This document shows, one piece after another, positions 51,324 through 64,000 of a DNA stretch of 64,000 bases. Within the stretch, counting starts at the first letter, position 1, and every line of letters starts with the position of its first letter. The notes below the pieces were generated by a model. That model was given only the letters and a program-made list of their open reading frames with translations. It was not told where the DNA came from and did no database searches. Source of the DNA: Haliotis cracherodii (lineage: Eukaryota); assembly GCF_022045235.1 (NCBI RefSeq), contig NW_027266268.1:7502001-7566000 (forward strand), in the 5' to 3' direction. Both the position numbers and the translations under genes were made by a program.

Positions 51324-53499
51324 TTATAGTTATCATCATTGCTGAATGCAAGTAACAACCAAGGGGAAGGAACAACGTCATTGTCGGTTGCAACGCCACA
51401 TGATCATGTTCGAGGCGTTCTGTAATACAACACCATGTATACTTATTACAAAAAACACATGCTTTGCATAAAAATATGTTTAGAGCTCGACGTTCGATAT
51501 ATAAACAGAATTACAAGCGCGCATGTCCATCACGTGTTGGTACATTGTCAGGCACATTGAGACTGACTCTAATTCCATACAATGCGAGCGGAAGGCGAGA
51601 CGCTCTGGCGTCTTCTAACATCAAGAATTAGCTGTTAAAGTTAATGTTTCTTACTATTTCAGTTAAATCGTGATAAATAAAAATATATTTCATTTTCAGG
51701 TTGTCTTTCAATTCAAATTTAACACTCGGGTTATTTTAAGGCTTACTTAGATCGTCGAAATTGTAATAAAATAATAACTAAGTCCATCATCTGTAGATTG
51801 ACATCTGCCAGCCTGTATGTTTCCACCCCCAAGTCTGGGAACAAAGATATAACTGATATCGGTGTGGTCTATTCCGTGAATCTAATTGCCCAGACAAATC
51901 AAGTAGAATTAATGTGAAAAATATCCATTCTGGGTTTGACAACAAGTTTAATAAGTAGATACAATCATGAGTTTTATCGCTAAAGTACTCCCTAGCGTCA
52001 TGTCGCGGCCATTGTTGGCGGCAAAGCTGTTTCGGTGTAACAAGCTTAATCAATGGCCGATAATGACAAGACAATATTTGCATGATGTCAGTCTTATTGG
52101 GAGGACCTCGAATTAAGTCAGTTTATTCGCTTTTCCTCTGAACGCCATTATTTCATATCCGCGTCATCACAATAACTTTTTGATGAGCTCTGTGTCGACA
52201 ATTTCGTTCCGCTATAAATCCCTATGACAGTTTTGTTCAACCTCAAATGAGATAATCTGTTTCCAAAACTCTTTCTGTAACGCCACTTTCGCCGACATTA
52301 AAATGATTTGTTCTGATCTTTAACCCGCAACAGAGCTAACGATCCCTAATTTTGATTTACCGAATTGATATCGTATATCTTTACTTGAACGAGGCACGTC
52401 GGGATTCGTTGTTTAACAAGTTCTGCTTTTTAAACAAAGTTGTCATCACTCCAAAGGGACGACAACTGGGAATGACTATTGAGATTGGTTCGTATCAGTG
52501 TCGCATAATTTAATCATATACATTAAACAACCATTTCAAACAAAGTAAATCAAATTTGGAGAGAAAATTTTCATTTCAAATTTGCAGTAAACATCATTAC
52601 TAAATAACCCTAAGAGCATATTAGCATTCTCAAAGCAATAATTTCAATGAATATTTACAAAACAATCAATTCTGAAGGGCAGAATGCGTCAGTGATTAAT
52701 AATGAGTTTTATTTTAGTTATTATACTCAATAAAATGATCATTGTAGCTGTTTTTATTTGACGGCTTATGAAAACGATTTCCCCTTTGCCGTGGCCTCTG
52801 TGATTCCTAGTTTTATATTCAGCCAGTTAGGGCCCAGCAATTGATAAATTTCTCGTATAGATATCCATTAATAGCGAGTGTGGCGTCAATAGTTTCTAAC
52901 CCCTGCCTAGAGCACCGCCACACTTCCAAAATGGCGACCTTCAACACCCCGAAGGAGAAACAATTTGCATGTCAATCGTCAAGTGAATCAGAGAACATTG
53001 GAAGCTAATGTGACTGAGAAACTAAGTACTCGTGATCCTGCGTCAGAGTGAAAGCCGATTGGTTGGAAGGATAGGGCGCTTATGTGTGAGTGAGGTTCTA
53101 CGCCTCTTTCTATAAGATTCTTGCAACACCACGGTGGGAAACATCAAGACTAAGATTCACATTGTGTAACCTAGAATAACGCTTTGTCTCTGAAAATATA
53201 TAATTTCGTGGAAACAAACAACTCCATTTAAATTCAAAAGAAGCCCCACTGAGATGGGAGATTCAGACCTTGCGGTGTGTCTGCAAAGCTCTGTGTACCT
53301 TCCAATAAATTTCAAACTTCGAGTAAAGGCTTGCCCGATGCTGCAACGAAGTTAAAACAGTTCTGCCTCGGTTCCAAGTAATTTATTACATTCTATACAA
53401 TGACGCTCTTTATACATTGTTATATGTAAAAGCGACTTCTTAGTAACGAAATAAAAAATAAGTAAAGAACTACACCTCCGTGTTGTTATGTACAGGGAC

Positions 53500-53575
53500 A
53501 AATTACTTTTAGAGTGGTGTAGAGAGCGCGTGGAGGAGTTCGACCGTGCGTTAGTGCAAGCAGGCAAGTGGGCCC

Positions 53576-53646
<71 letters not shown>

Positions 53647-53776
53647 GGTGTTAGCGAATACTTATTATCAAAGCGATACGTTCCACATAAGCTAACCTAA
53701 CGTTCAAGTTGTAACCTAACCTCACAGGCTAATAAAGCTTGCTTCTAAATTTCAAAACATTGACGATGTTTACACA
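53500..53776 (-). mobile_element. Interspersed repeat family E with (TC)n microsatellite at 53580-53643
   Basis: Reverse-complement homology to 16835-16965. Confidence 0.75.
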
Positions 53777-54517
53777 GCAGTCATGAAATAAGACGGCTAT
53801 TTAATCAACTCTAAGGCATCTTTTTCACGTGCACCTGCTAATTAGGTTTCTGTTCACTCATGGAGATCATGCATGGCATGGCACATGCAAGTATGGCCGA
53901 TGTCATGCCGTATTTTACTTAGTTAATGCATGGATCAATAATCATTTCTAAAATATCTTATTTGACTTGTGTTTGCACTTAAAGTCGTACTTCGGCCCCC
54001 TGTTTTGTTCATGGGGCTTCATTATAAGATAATGTACCACGAAAATTAGAATGAATATTTCAAAGGTTTGTACCATGCGGGAAATACATGTCCAATGTTT
54101 TCATTTCATTAATGGTTCTGGTAAAAGGGTGAGTAAATTAAAGAAAATGATTAGAGAAAATATAATTACTTGAAAAATAGTATTTTCAGACTCTTGATTT
54201 GTTTTACCACATTAACAGCGCGCTCGCCGAAGCGGGCGACACCACGAGGCTTTTAGCCCTGCTCCAGAATTAGTGTCACTTCACTTTTTGACTGAAAATT
54301 AAAAGACCTCGGGCATTATTTTCAAAAGCACACTTATCCTTAAAGAGTTTTCAAACTTTAAATGCTTTAAATGAACTTGTCTCCCCTAGGGAGAGATAAG
54401 TTTCGACTCCAGGCAATTTCTTGGAGTGTTTTCTCAGGACGCAGGCAACTTTTCAATTTGAAGTTAATTTTAATGGTATAAGCACTCGTGAGCAACATCT
54501 TTCATGCCGATTTTTAC

Positions 54518-54570
54518 TGTTGGTTGTTGTGTTGTTGTCGTTGTTGTTGTTGTTGTTTTTGTTTTTGTCT
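54518..54570. repeat. (GTT)n microsatellite, imperfect
   Basis: Direct observation. Confidence 0.85.
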
Positions 54571-54679
54571 TATTGATGCATGTACTAAACTGATGGTGTT
54601 GGTGCCCACGACTACCGTTGTTGACGCAGTTAAGGATCCATTGCAGATGTCCTTGCCTATAGCGGTGATGCTAAACGGT

Positions 54680-54880
54680 CGATAAAAGAAAGCATATACT
54701 TGAATATTGGATATGACCAAAAATCTAGTCACGTTATCAAAACGTTACTTGGGTGAACACAGTCGCCAACACATTGCAAACATAAGGTCCAAAACACAAC
54801 CATGATACCCGTATCAAATACATCACCATTGAATAACCATTTCTTGTTTGTGTCATTTTTAGCCACAATCAAACATGGAT
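54680..54880 (-). mobile_element. Tc1-type MITE, copy 3 (ends eroded)
   Basis: GATACCCGTATCAAATACATCAC = rc of the core of copies 1 and 2. Confidence 0.75.
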
Positions 54881-55921
54881 ATATACAAGTTTAGACAAGC
54901 AGTCTCTACATCACGATGCTTGATAATAACACAAACAGTAACATGGTTGTGAGAAGTGTTTCTTCTCACTAAATATATCTTATAATTACACCTTGATCAA
55001 CAATTACCTTGATTTCTATCAAAACATACCTTGATTTCTATCACAACACTTTGCAAATATTGGAATTATAGAAGTCTCCACCAATTACAGATATGAATGT
55101 TACTGTTCCCGCGGCGACTGAATCAGACATTAATGTCGTCTGCGTTTATGATGAGCAGACGTGGCTGAAGCGCGACACTGATTTCATCTCTTACCGCAGC
55201 TCTCTGTCAAATCAAAATGCCAAATATCTTAATTTTCATCTCGTCCAAATTCAAATCTGCCATTATCTGAGTTTGCCAATGCCATCGCCGTCAATCCCCT
55301 TGGCTTACAGCTCCGTGGATTAATGGCGGATCAGGCGAGCTGGGACGAGATGGGACATCACGTTTTTAACCCTCTTCATATCATGCCAAATTCAAACTTT
55401 AAAAACAATTTTCATCTGCTCATTACCTAAATCCCCCGATCCCGGCGCGCGTGCACCTGTCAAATGTAATCTCCTCTGTAAAAACTTAGTGAATTTGTTT
55501 GACATTAAGATGGCGGTGCTTAGTGCCGAGGCTGTCGTCTGCTCGCGACCAAAAAAATATATTTCAAAATGGCGTCCATTTCCTTTTTAGCGAAAGCGTC
55601 TACGTTCGATTTAGAAAAAAAGGCGTGAATGTGTGCAGTAAAGATCGACAGCATATCTATCTTCATAAAACGTTTCTACAAAGTTTCTACTTAACTTTCT
55701 GTCATTCCGTGGGGCCGTGTTATAAATTGAATGAACTCTCTAAAGAGCGGTGTGTAACTTAGATCTATAGGAATAGCCGTGTATTGCCCCTGAGTGGGGC
55801 GAGGAGAGGGTGCGGAATGTTGATTGGGGGGGGATATGCTTGGGGGGGGGGGGGGGCGAGACCACACCAACAACTACAGATGCAACGAAACATTGAGTTC
55901 CAAGGTTTCTTGATGCTCGCC

Positions 55922-56194
55922 AGGGACACGGGTGTCTAAGGCGCCAACAGTTACTGTGCAGAGGTACGTCTCTAGGACACACCAGAAACCTATGGTTATG
56001 GGTTCGAATCCCGGTTCGTCATGATTTGGTTTCTTAGGTTTGTCTGCACCATTCCCATGCTCGTGGGTTTCACTGAAGTGGTAAACATCTGAGACCTGCT
56101 TCACTTCGGGATTTCCTCCCACATCAAGCTGACACACCGTGATCTAACTGGAATAGTGTTTTAAGCGGCGTTAAAACCAACTCACTCACTCACT
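55922..56194 (+). mobile_element. SINE family B, near full length
   Basis: GGGACACGGGTGTCTAAGGCGCC...GGGTTCGAATCCCGG...GCGGCGTTAAAACCAACTCACTC. Confidence 0.9.
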
Positions 56195-56448
56195 GATACA
56201 TTCATTTCCAGTCAACATGATGACTTAATCAGATTACGACAGGTTCACGCTTAACAGGAACATTTTCATGGGATCTCATTGGCAAACATATGTTTGGCTT
56301 CACGCGGGCAGGCTTGCTCGTGACTGTATTGTTATTTCCAATTTTTTATTGCGTAAATGCATTCTGCAACGTGACGTCAGTCATTATACATAGTGTCACA
56401 GACGGGTTTTATGTGACGTCGTTCTAACAAGATTCTGTTGGTAACGTA

Positions 56449-57701
56449 CGAGGGCTGGCTGAAAAGTTCTAAGCTTAACCGTGAAAGACCCGTACCAAGT
56501 CGATGGTTTTCATTTATTTCTCCACATAGTCCACTTCCAGGTTTACACACTTTTGTCAGCGATGCTGCAAGGCCTGGATGCCGGCCAAAAAGAAATTTTC
56601 TTCAGCCACCCTAAAATAGTCATTCACAGCGGAAATGACGTCATCATTACTAGGAAAATGGCGACCGGCTAGTTCCTTTTTCATTTTGGGAAACAGGTGG
56701 AAGTCTGACGGGGCCAAATCAGGTGAATAAGGGGGACATGGCAACCACCGATTTGTGAACAGGAGCATTGTCTTGGTGGACTCCTTTAGTGAGCATTCCC
56801 CGTCGCTTAGCTTTGATAGCTTCACGCAACTGTGTCAGTAGGTCTGCATAATATCTTCCATTGATAGTTGGCCTTTTTCAAGATAGTCAGTCAGCAGAAT
56901 ACCCTTGGAATCCCAAAAGACTGAAACCATCACCTTTCCAGTGGGGTGGGGGGGTGGGTGGGGGGTGGGGGGGGTTGATACCGGATACTTCCATTGTTTA
57001 GACTGAATTTTGTTTGGTTTCTGGTTGAAAGTGATGAATCCAGGTCTTATCCATGGTTACAAATCGGGCCAAAAAATCCCCAGGATCTGCTTCAAAACGG
57101 CATAAATTGTCACGGGACGTCAGGAATCTGACACGTTTCTGATCCGCTGTCAAGAGCTTTGGCACCCATCTTGCAGAAGCTTTTGTCATTCCCAACTCGT
57201 TGGTGATAATGTGCTCAACCCTCTCATGAAAGATGCCCACAACACTGGCAATATGTCGAGTGGTCAATCGTCGATCAGCCATCACCATGTCATGCACCCA
57301 GGTAATGTTTACCGGAATGGTTGCTGTTGAAGGCCCTCCCGGACGCGGGTCATCGTCAAGGCTCTCTCTGCCATGGTTGAATTCCACAGCCCACTTCTTT
57401 ACAGTGGAAAAGGAAGGGGCATCATCCCCTAAAGTGGAGACCATGTCAGCATGTATCTGTGTTGGAGTTAGCCCTTTCATTTGCAGGTACTTGATGACTG
57501 CCCTATAGCCAGTTTTGTCCATTTCTGGTGATTTCAATGGGTAGGTTCACAAGATGTTCTGGTACGAAGACAATGATAACACTACAGTTGCAGTTCTTAT
57601 GTCTACGATTCATTAAATGATTGTATTTGTTGGTGGCAAAAGTTTGTTTCAATCCGACTGAGATATCCCACTTAGGCTTAGAACTTTTCAGCCAGCCCTC
57701 G
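56449..57701 (-). mobile_element. Mariner DNA transposon (irritans-subfamily-like), defective
   Basis: Perfect 26-bp TIRs CGAGGGCTGGCTGAAAAGTTCTAAGC; TA at 56447-56448 and 57702-57703. Confidence 0.95.
56514..57522 (-). pseudogene. Mariner transposase pseudogene
   Basis: ARWVPKLL, VTMDKTW (TxDETW-like), HQDNAPVH and PPYSPDLAPSDFHLF motifs; frameshifts, an in-frame stop at 56556-56558 and a deletion before YSPDL. Confidence 0.92.
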
Positions 57702-58182
57702 TATGTATACACTACTGCGACAAGACTCGGGAATCACATAATAAATTCTCTAGGGATCTATAATGTGTAAATTCTCGTGGCAAGAACATATTCTCTAAAT
57801 ATACTACATTAGCTGGATCCATTGTAGATAGAGAAACTTACAAATGTGATCTGAACTATCTGATTTTATTATCAATGGTATCAACATTATTGTCGTATTG
57901 TGCGACGGCCCAGTACAGTCATTGCAGTATCGACAGTGGTGATGTGGGACAACTTGAGTGGGTGAGCACCGTTGTATGCCTTTTTATGCAATATGCCATT
58001 GCGATGGTGTGGATATATCTTGCAGTGAGACTAGATCATCAAGGTTCTACTGTCACAAAGTGTTCATTTTTCTCATCATAGCCATCATTTACTGCGACAG
58101 ATCAGTCGATAGATAGTTATGAACAGGTAGACAGATAGTTAGATACAGAATAAGACAGATATATTGATAGATATAGATAGCT

Positions 58183-58186
<4 letters not shown>

Positions 58187-58260
<74 letters not shown>
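58187..58260. repeat. (AG)n microsatellite flanked by degenerate (AGAT/AGAC)n
   Basis: Direct observation. Confidence 0.95.
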
Positions 58261-58264
<4 letters not shown>

Positions 58265-58354
58265 GACAGACCAATATTGATATACTGAAGATATATAGAT
58301 GATAGCACGTTTTAATGCGACGTGCCTGCACGTGGCTGCTTGTACTAGTACTAG

Positions 58355-58640
58355 TCCGGACTAATACCGATTTTAGAGAGCTAGCTCACTGAGATACCAT
58401 GCCGTAGTTTAACATGAATATCCCACTCAGACACAGCATACTAATTTAGCTATAGCATCTCTCTGATATGATAATACCATGCCTTGGTTTAAGATGAATA
58501 CCCCAATCAGACGCAGCATACTGACTCCGAGCTGACCAGTTCTTGTTTTAGCCCCTTAATGGCGGGCGCCAGGCAGGATAACAACAAGTACCATCTGTTA
58601 ACGTGTTTTGGTATGACGCGGCCGGGGATCGCTCTACCAC
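58355..58640 (-). mobile_element. SINE family D with internal ~80-bp tandem duplication, truncated by a gap
   Basis: ATACCATGCC...GAATAYCCCAMTCAGACRCAGCATACT occurs twice; rc homology to 5600-5715. Confidence 0.75.
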
Positions 58641-59266
58641 NNNNNNNNNNNNNNNNNNNNNNNNNNNNNNNNNNNNNNNNNNNNNNNNNNNNNNNNNNNN
58701 NNNNNNNNNNNNNNNNNNNNNNNNNNNNNNNNNNNNNNNNNNNNNNNNNNNNNNNNNNNNNNNNNNNNNNNNNTAGCTAGATAAATAGATAGAATCTTTT
58801 GTCATGTGATGATTACTCACACTAACTATCCCTATGACAATAGTTCTCTATCTCCCCCTGTTATCTATCCATTCAGCCGCTACTGCAGTACGTGTTAACA
58901 CAGCGAATTTTTAAACGCGACATATAATGTACATCGAACGCCAGGCAATAAAAATAGCCTCGATCCCGCACAGCTGTTGCTTGAGCTATTAGGTATAGCA
59001 TCTCTCTGATATGACAATATCAAAAACCTTTTAAAACGCCATTACAGCGACGCATGAGATGGGGGTCAGATTCCCAGGCTTTCAAGTAGCGCGGGAAACA
59101 ATGATCGCTGACGTGGCACAATTCTACTCACGCAAAAATCTTTACCAGAAATTGGTGAAATGCTACCTGTCGTATTGAAGACATTTTTCACACCTTCCCC
59201 TTAAAATGGTTCTTTCTTCTTGAGTCATTTATGATTCCTGTCTTGATTGATGGGGCAACATAGTCC

Positions 59267-59280
59267 CCGCTAGATGGCGC
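59267..59280 (+). promoter_or_regulatory. CTCF-consensus site
   Basis: CCGCTAGATGGCGC matches the CCRSYAGRKGGCRS core at every position. Confidence 0.5.
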
Positions 59281-59826
59281 TCGCTCACACTTCTAAAGTC
59301 AAGATATGCTTTTAGCGGTCTTCCTCTTCACTGCTGTCGGCTTGTATATTAGCTGTCGTTCTTTCCTGTTTTAACAATCAAGTCGTGTTTAGTCGTGGAA
59401 TAGCACAATGGGTTTTTACTGCCTACCTGTCAGCTTGGGTTTCCATTGTTTTCCCTTGTACTGAAATTGACGCTCAGCTTTCAAATGCAGGGTATAAATC
59501 GATATCGTGATTTCCAAGATGGCCGCCGTAAACCTCCGCTCGCAAACACGGGTGCATAAGGACTTCCGGTTTGGGTGGGAACCTGATGAAACGCGAGAGT
59601 CGTGAAATTAGGCTGCACCGGCTGAACCTCCAGTAAAGCACCTTTGATAATACCTGTGGGAAATAAGAATGATTGTCTGTCTGTGTGCTGTCGACACACG
59701 AAGAGTAAATCGACTCGAAGTCGTTGCGGCGGGTTCTCGTCAATACTATAATCGGGTTCGATTCCATGCATTGGTGCAAGACGTTCCTGTGCCACCTGTC
59801 GTGATACTGTTTTGTTTCTTTATTTT

Positions 59827-60016
59827 GAGGTGACAAACGGGATTGTGTGGTCAGGCGCACTGACTTTGTTGATACATGTCATCGTATCCCAAATGCGTGG
59901 ATCGATGCTCATGATGTCAATCACTGGATTGTCTGGTCCAGACTCGATTATTTACAGACCGCCGTCATATAGCTGGACTATTGCTGAGTGCGGCGTTAAA
60001 CAACAAACAAACAAAC
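59827..60016 (+). mobile_element. SINE-like family A, 5'-truncated
   Basis: Body and tail near-identical to 20540-20712. Confidence 0.85.
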
Positions 60017-60081
60017 ACTCAAGGTGCATTGCAGGTTATCACTGTTTTGTACGGGGACCAGTGCAGGGACCAGATGGAAGT

Positions 60082-60290
60082 ATCTGAGCAGAGTTGCGTC
60101 CCTTAGGCATGACAATGTACTCTCGAATCCCATCTTTGAACTGATCATAATTCTTGTTTTGTCAGCACCATACCCATGCGCATTGGTTTCTTGAAAGGTG
60201 TAAACGTCAAAGACCTGCGTGACTTTGGCAGTTCCCCGAACATAAGCTGATATACCTTAACTGCTGTTCAAAGCAGCTTCAATTCGAACT
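60082..60290 (+). mobile_element. SINE family B, degenerate
   Basis: GCAGAGTTGCGTCCCTTAGGCA...TTTGTCAGCACCATACCC. Confidence 0.65.
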
Positions 60291-60559
60291 TCCTCACCCC
60301 TACACTAGCTGTTATCTGACGCCAGAGCATCGTGTGAGAAGTTGATGTGTTCAGGAATTCTGCTCGAAGTTGACTCGCCCCCGTCCCTGAAGAATTCCCT
60401 ATAATCCCACTGAAAAGATAATGTGTTAATAAGATTAAGGTAAAGGGTAAAGGCTTCACGAATGTGTGTTCGATGCCAGTTATCTCACACGTCACAGCGG
60501 TAAAGGCTAACTTCCATCTACAAGGGTGCCAAGGATGTTTGACACTCCTTTCATCATGC

Positions 60560-60717
60560 GAGTGAGTGAATATGGTTTTACGGCGCAATATTCCAGCAAT
60601 ACCACGGCGGGGGACACTAGAAATTGGCTTCACGCGTTGTACACATGATGGGAATCGAACCCAGGTCTTCGGCGTGACGAGCTATCGCTTTAACCTCGAG
60701 GCCACCCCACTGCTCCC
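60560..60717 (-). mobile_element. SINE family C
   Basis: GCAATATTCCAGCAATACCACGGCGGGGGACAC...GGAATCGAACCC. Confidence 0.85.
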
Positions 60718-60767
60718 ATTATGTCGTATCTAGGATGAACCGAATCAAGAGTTTGAAAAGGGGTATT

Positions 60768-61008
60768 GATCCGGGGTAGAATAGGTCTTCAGCAACACAT
60801 GCATGCCGTAAAAGGCGACCATGTTTGTCGTGAGAGGGTGGTCAGGCTCGCTGACGTGGTTGATGTTTGTCATTAATCCCAATTGCGTGGATCGATGCTC
60901 ATAATATCAATCACTGGATTGCCTGGTCCAGACTCGATTATTTACACAGACCGCCGTCATATAGCTGGAATATTGCTGAGTGCACTGTTAAACAACAAAC
61001 AAACAAAC
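60768..61008 (+). mobile_element. SINE-like family A
   Basis: GATCCGGGGTAGAATAGGTCTTCAGCAAC...(AAAC)n. Confidence 0.85.
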
Positions 61009-61051
61009 TGGGGGATATAGTTAGCTTCGTTATAGACAATGTCTTGCGATT

Positions 61052-61240
61052 TTAGTTGTATCACGGCTCGGCAGCTCAATGTGGGTGGAAAACCCCAAGT
61101 GATACAGGTCTGAGACTTGTACCGCTTTTTTAGACGGGCACGGGTATTATTTAAGGATTAATCCGGGATTGGAACCTACGGTTAGCGAATTGTGGTAGAT
61201 AAAGGGGCATACCTCTGCACAGCAGCACCTTAAACTGGAC
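61052..61240 (-). mobile_element. SINE family B, degenerate
   Basis: CAGCTCAATGTGGG...AAGTGATACAGGTCTGAGAC...CTCTGCACAG. Confidence 0.65.
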
Positions 61241-61577
61241 TACCCTAGCCACAGTATCAGCAATGCTATCTGTCTACGGCGAAAGCAGTAGTACTAGGGT
61301 TGCGTTCGTCGCTGTTAAGTTTCAATTAATTAATATAGGTACATTAAAACTCCAATCATAAAATCTGTTGATAAAAAGTACGTATATATTGGAATGTCAG
61401 ATATATGCTACCTTTAAAACCACCTCGTTTGGTTATGTAACTATGACCAATCTTATTAAAAACAGATCTCAGTGCTCACTGCCGCTTCACCAGCATCTGA
61501 GGACACAGGACAAGACAGGTGATATCAGAACGACCTGCATGTGGCTGCTTGTGCTGGTCCAAGCTAATGCCCACTAC

Positions 61578-61735
61578 GATACCATGCCGCTATTTAACAC
61601 GAATACCCCACTCAGACACAGTATACTGACTCCGAAGCGACCAGTCCTTGTTTTATTGGCGAGCGCCAGGCAGGGTAACAACAAGGACCATCTTTTAAGG
61701 ATCGAACCACCGACATTCCGCACTCAGGGTGTGGT
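61578..61735 (-). mobile_element. SINE family D
   Basis: GATACCATGCCG...CCCCACTCAGACACAGTATACTGACTCCGA...GCGCCAGGCAGGGTAACAACAAG. Confidence 0.75.
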
Positions 61736-61745
61736 CTGTCAACTA

Positions 61746-61961
61746 AACTGCAGAGCTAAAGAAAGTATACACTGGATAATTAGATCTTTGTCCAAAAACA
61801 TTTCAAACGTTATCAAAACTTTTCTAGGCTGAAAACAGTTGCCGAAACGCTGCAAACCTAAGCTCCAGAACACAACTATGATACCCGTATCAAACACATT
61901 TCTTGTTTGTTTCAAGTTTAGCCATCAAGCATGGGTGCAAGCTTTCTTTTGCTCAGCAGTT
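61746..61961 (-). mobile_element. Tc1-type MITE, copy 4
   Basis: TA-flanked TIRs AACTGCAGAGCTAAAGAAAG / CTTTCTTTTGCTCAGCAGTT. Confidence 0.8.
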
Positions 61962-64000
61962 TAGTTACACACCCCACACCAGTCCACGTGCGAAGGAACA
62001 GCGTTCTATTCTGTAATTACGAATAGGCCTTGGCTCAGACATGTTTCTGAACCACATATCATAAACGTATCGACTTTTCTTACAACTGTTTTTAGGACAG
62101 TAAAATTCGGTGACGCTGCTCGCCGACATGCCATCCAGAAACATCAATTGATTTTTTTTTTGGTCCCAACTATTTTTTTTTCTGCCACAATCATCATTTC
62201 AGTTAATTATTCCGATGTCTTAACTACCACATCTGTTCCACCGCTATCGCAAAACAAATGTTAGCGTTAACCAAGCTATTCATCAACCATGACACTAAAT
62301 CATTTAATGCTATCGGAAAACATCGTGAATTTCCGTCAACCTCCTTAACATGTTATGCTCGCTTACAAAGCGCATCAATGCAATCGGAACACACAGCACA
62401 GCGAAACTTCGTCAACGAAGAATACCATGCTCGCTTACAAAGTGGGTATCTCCCATTCCACATCAATAGATACACCACACCAGACTCAAGTTACGCATCA
62501 AGTTGACTGACGCGCATTTCCAAACCGCCCGCCACTTCTATCCAGCAAGCCACTTCTCGCCTCTTAACAGTTTTACCCCAGTCGCTGTTCATCCTCTCAT
62601 CGCTAGATGCCCAAACAATAAGCTTTTAATTGCAGCATTCCTAGCCATAATCCGCCTCTCAACCGAAGCTTTAAAAGGTCTGTATTTACCAAAGTACAGG
62701 TGCTACCACAAGCGTTGTTCTAAAAGCATGATACAGAAGAAACATATAGATCTCTACAGCTACAGCCCGTCGACGTCACGCGGCGAAGGAACGGCGAGAC
62801 AGGTGATACTTCTACTCGATCAGGGCCGTGCGGTCTGTCACACAAGCCCGTATCGAGGTTTTTTAGAGGACTTTCTTGTCACGAAACTACTTTACAGAGT
62901 CTTGAGTGTTACCAATGGTCTGTTATCTAATTGCCGAGTCGCTAATGCAAAGAACAGAGGAAAGTGGATATATTAAAAGGGAGATAAGAGGGTGGTAGTG
63001 ATGGTAAATGGTTGTGCGAGTTGGGTGTTAGTAGCGGATAACCCACCGTTGCTGCTAATGCGTTAGCGAGTTTTTAGAAAAAGGATGGGTTGTTTTCAAG
63101 TGCTTTATTTTATAGGTTTTATGATGTAAGTTTTTTTCTATCAATACATTAAGCCTTGTCGCTAGATGGATGTTGTTATTGGTTTGTAATTTGAACATGC
63201 CGTATTCCGAAGCGATATGTTCGCGTGGTTCCAATCGAAAGGCTGAACCGGGAAGTATGGGTGATTTCGCCATGTTGTTCTGAACTACCTTGGTAACGCA
63301 GCATAAACTTACTTGCTTGGTCAGAATCGTTGCCCTTTTTTCAGAATATACCATCTTTCTGTTGTTGTTTTTTTCGTCAAGAGCAGATAACATCATTAAC
63401 TTCGTCGGTGTTTAGGGGATGATTTTGAGGTAGCCTAATCTGAGGTAGTCTAACTAGTGATTTACCCCTTATATAAATTTGGAATCGATCGGTTTAAGCT
63501 ATCAATAGGTTGGTGTTTACATGCGCAAATGTTTTGTGTAAAAAGGCATGTTAATTTTGAGGTATTGAATGAAATTTGATACCTGATTTAAATCTTATTT
63601 TGACCGATCAGAATCAAGTATTATTCAGTGTCATGGTCGAATCATGGATAATTCGTTAGATCAGACACTTTCAAGGAAAACAAAACGTTAAATGTCTGAT
63701 TTATGCTTCTCGTGTTTCATTGCCTTATATATGATAGCTACAGGATAAATCGCAAAGAACAATGAAGAACGAAGTGTGGTTTATTTCACGACGAAACATT
63801 GTTCTATCATGACGTCATTTCTGGAGATTCAAACATGCGTGAATTGGAGGGAATTGTCAAGCGAATTGTTCCCGATTGACGTAGCTTGGATGAACGCAAT
63901 GTCCTAACGATCGCATCCAAAAGTGGGAGAGATATGACAATCGGTAGAAAAGGTGCGTATAATCCACGTGAAAATTGTGAGAATACGAAACTTAACTCCC

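Noticed and set aside
62330-62450. 16-bp direct repeat ATGCTCGCTTACAAAG about 72 bp apart
   Set aside because: Looks like a single old local duplication with no further structure.
63427-63450. TGAGGTAG twice, resembling the let-7 5' end
   Set aside because: The match is limited to 8-9 nt and there is no precursor hairpin.

Overview
Eukaryotic, repeat-rich, essentially non-coding animal DNA. The SINE types point to a mollusc, plausibly a gastropod such as abalone; this is an inference, not a database match. There are six N-gaps (1874-2004, 15466-15616, 21839-21966, 38493-38679, 46135-46491, 58641-58773). No intact host gene is recognisable. The only proteins I recognise are two disabled DNA transposases: a Tc1 DD34E element (3941-5445) and an irritans-like mariner (56449-57701). 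The rest comprises about 40 copies or fragments of four SINE-like families (labelled A-D here), several MITEs, about 12 minisatellite arrays (which generate nearly all long ORFs in the track) and microsatellites. Between them lie repeat-free islands dense in transcription-factor motifs, consistent with a large intron or regulatory gene desert. Most interesting leads: (1) family A retroposons have no tRNA head at their 5' end, start at a fixed nucleotide and carry a pseudoknot-capable ~70-nt leader, a candidate self-processing RNA; (2) families A, B and C share a 3' stem-loop with a compensatory change; (3) a 33-bp array has >40 CACGTG E-boxes and also looks like a possible terminal exon; (4) an unexplained 173-aa Cys-rich ORF. 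All coordinates were read by eye; edges of degenerate repeats are approximate.
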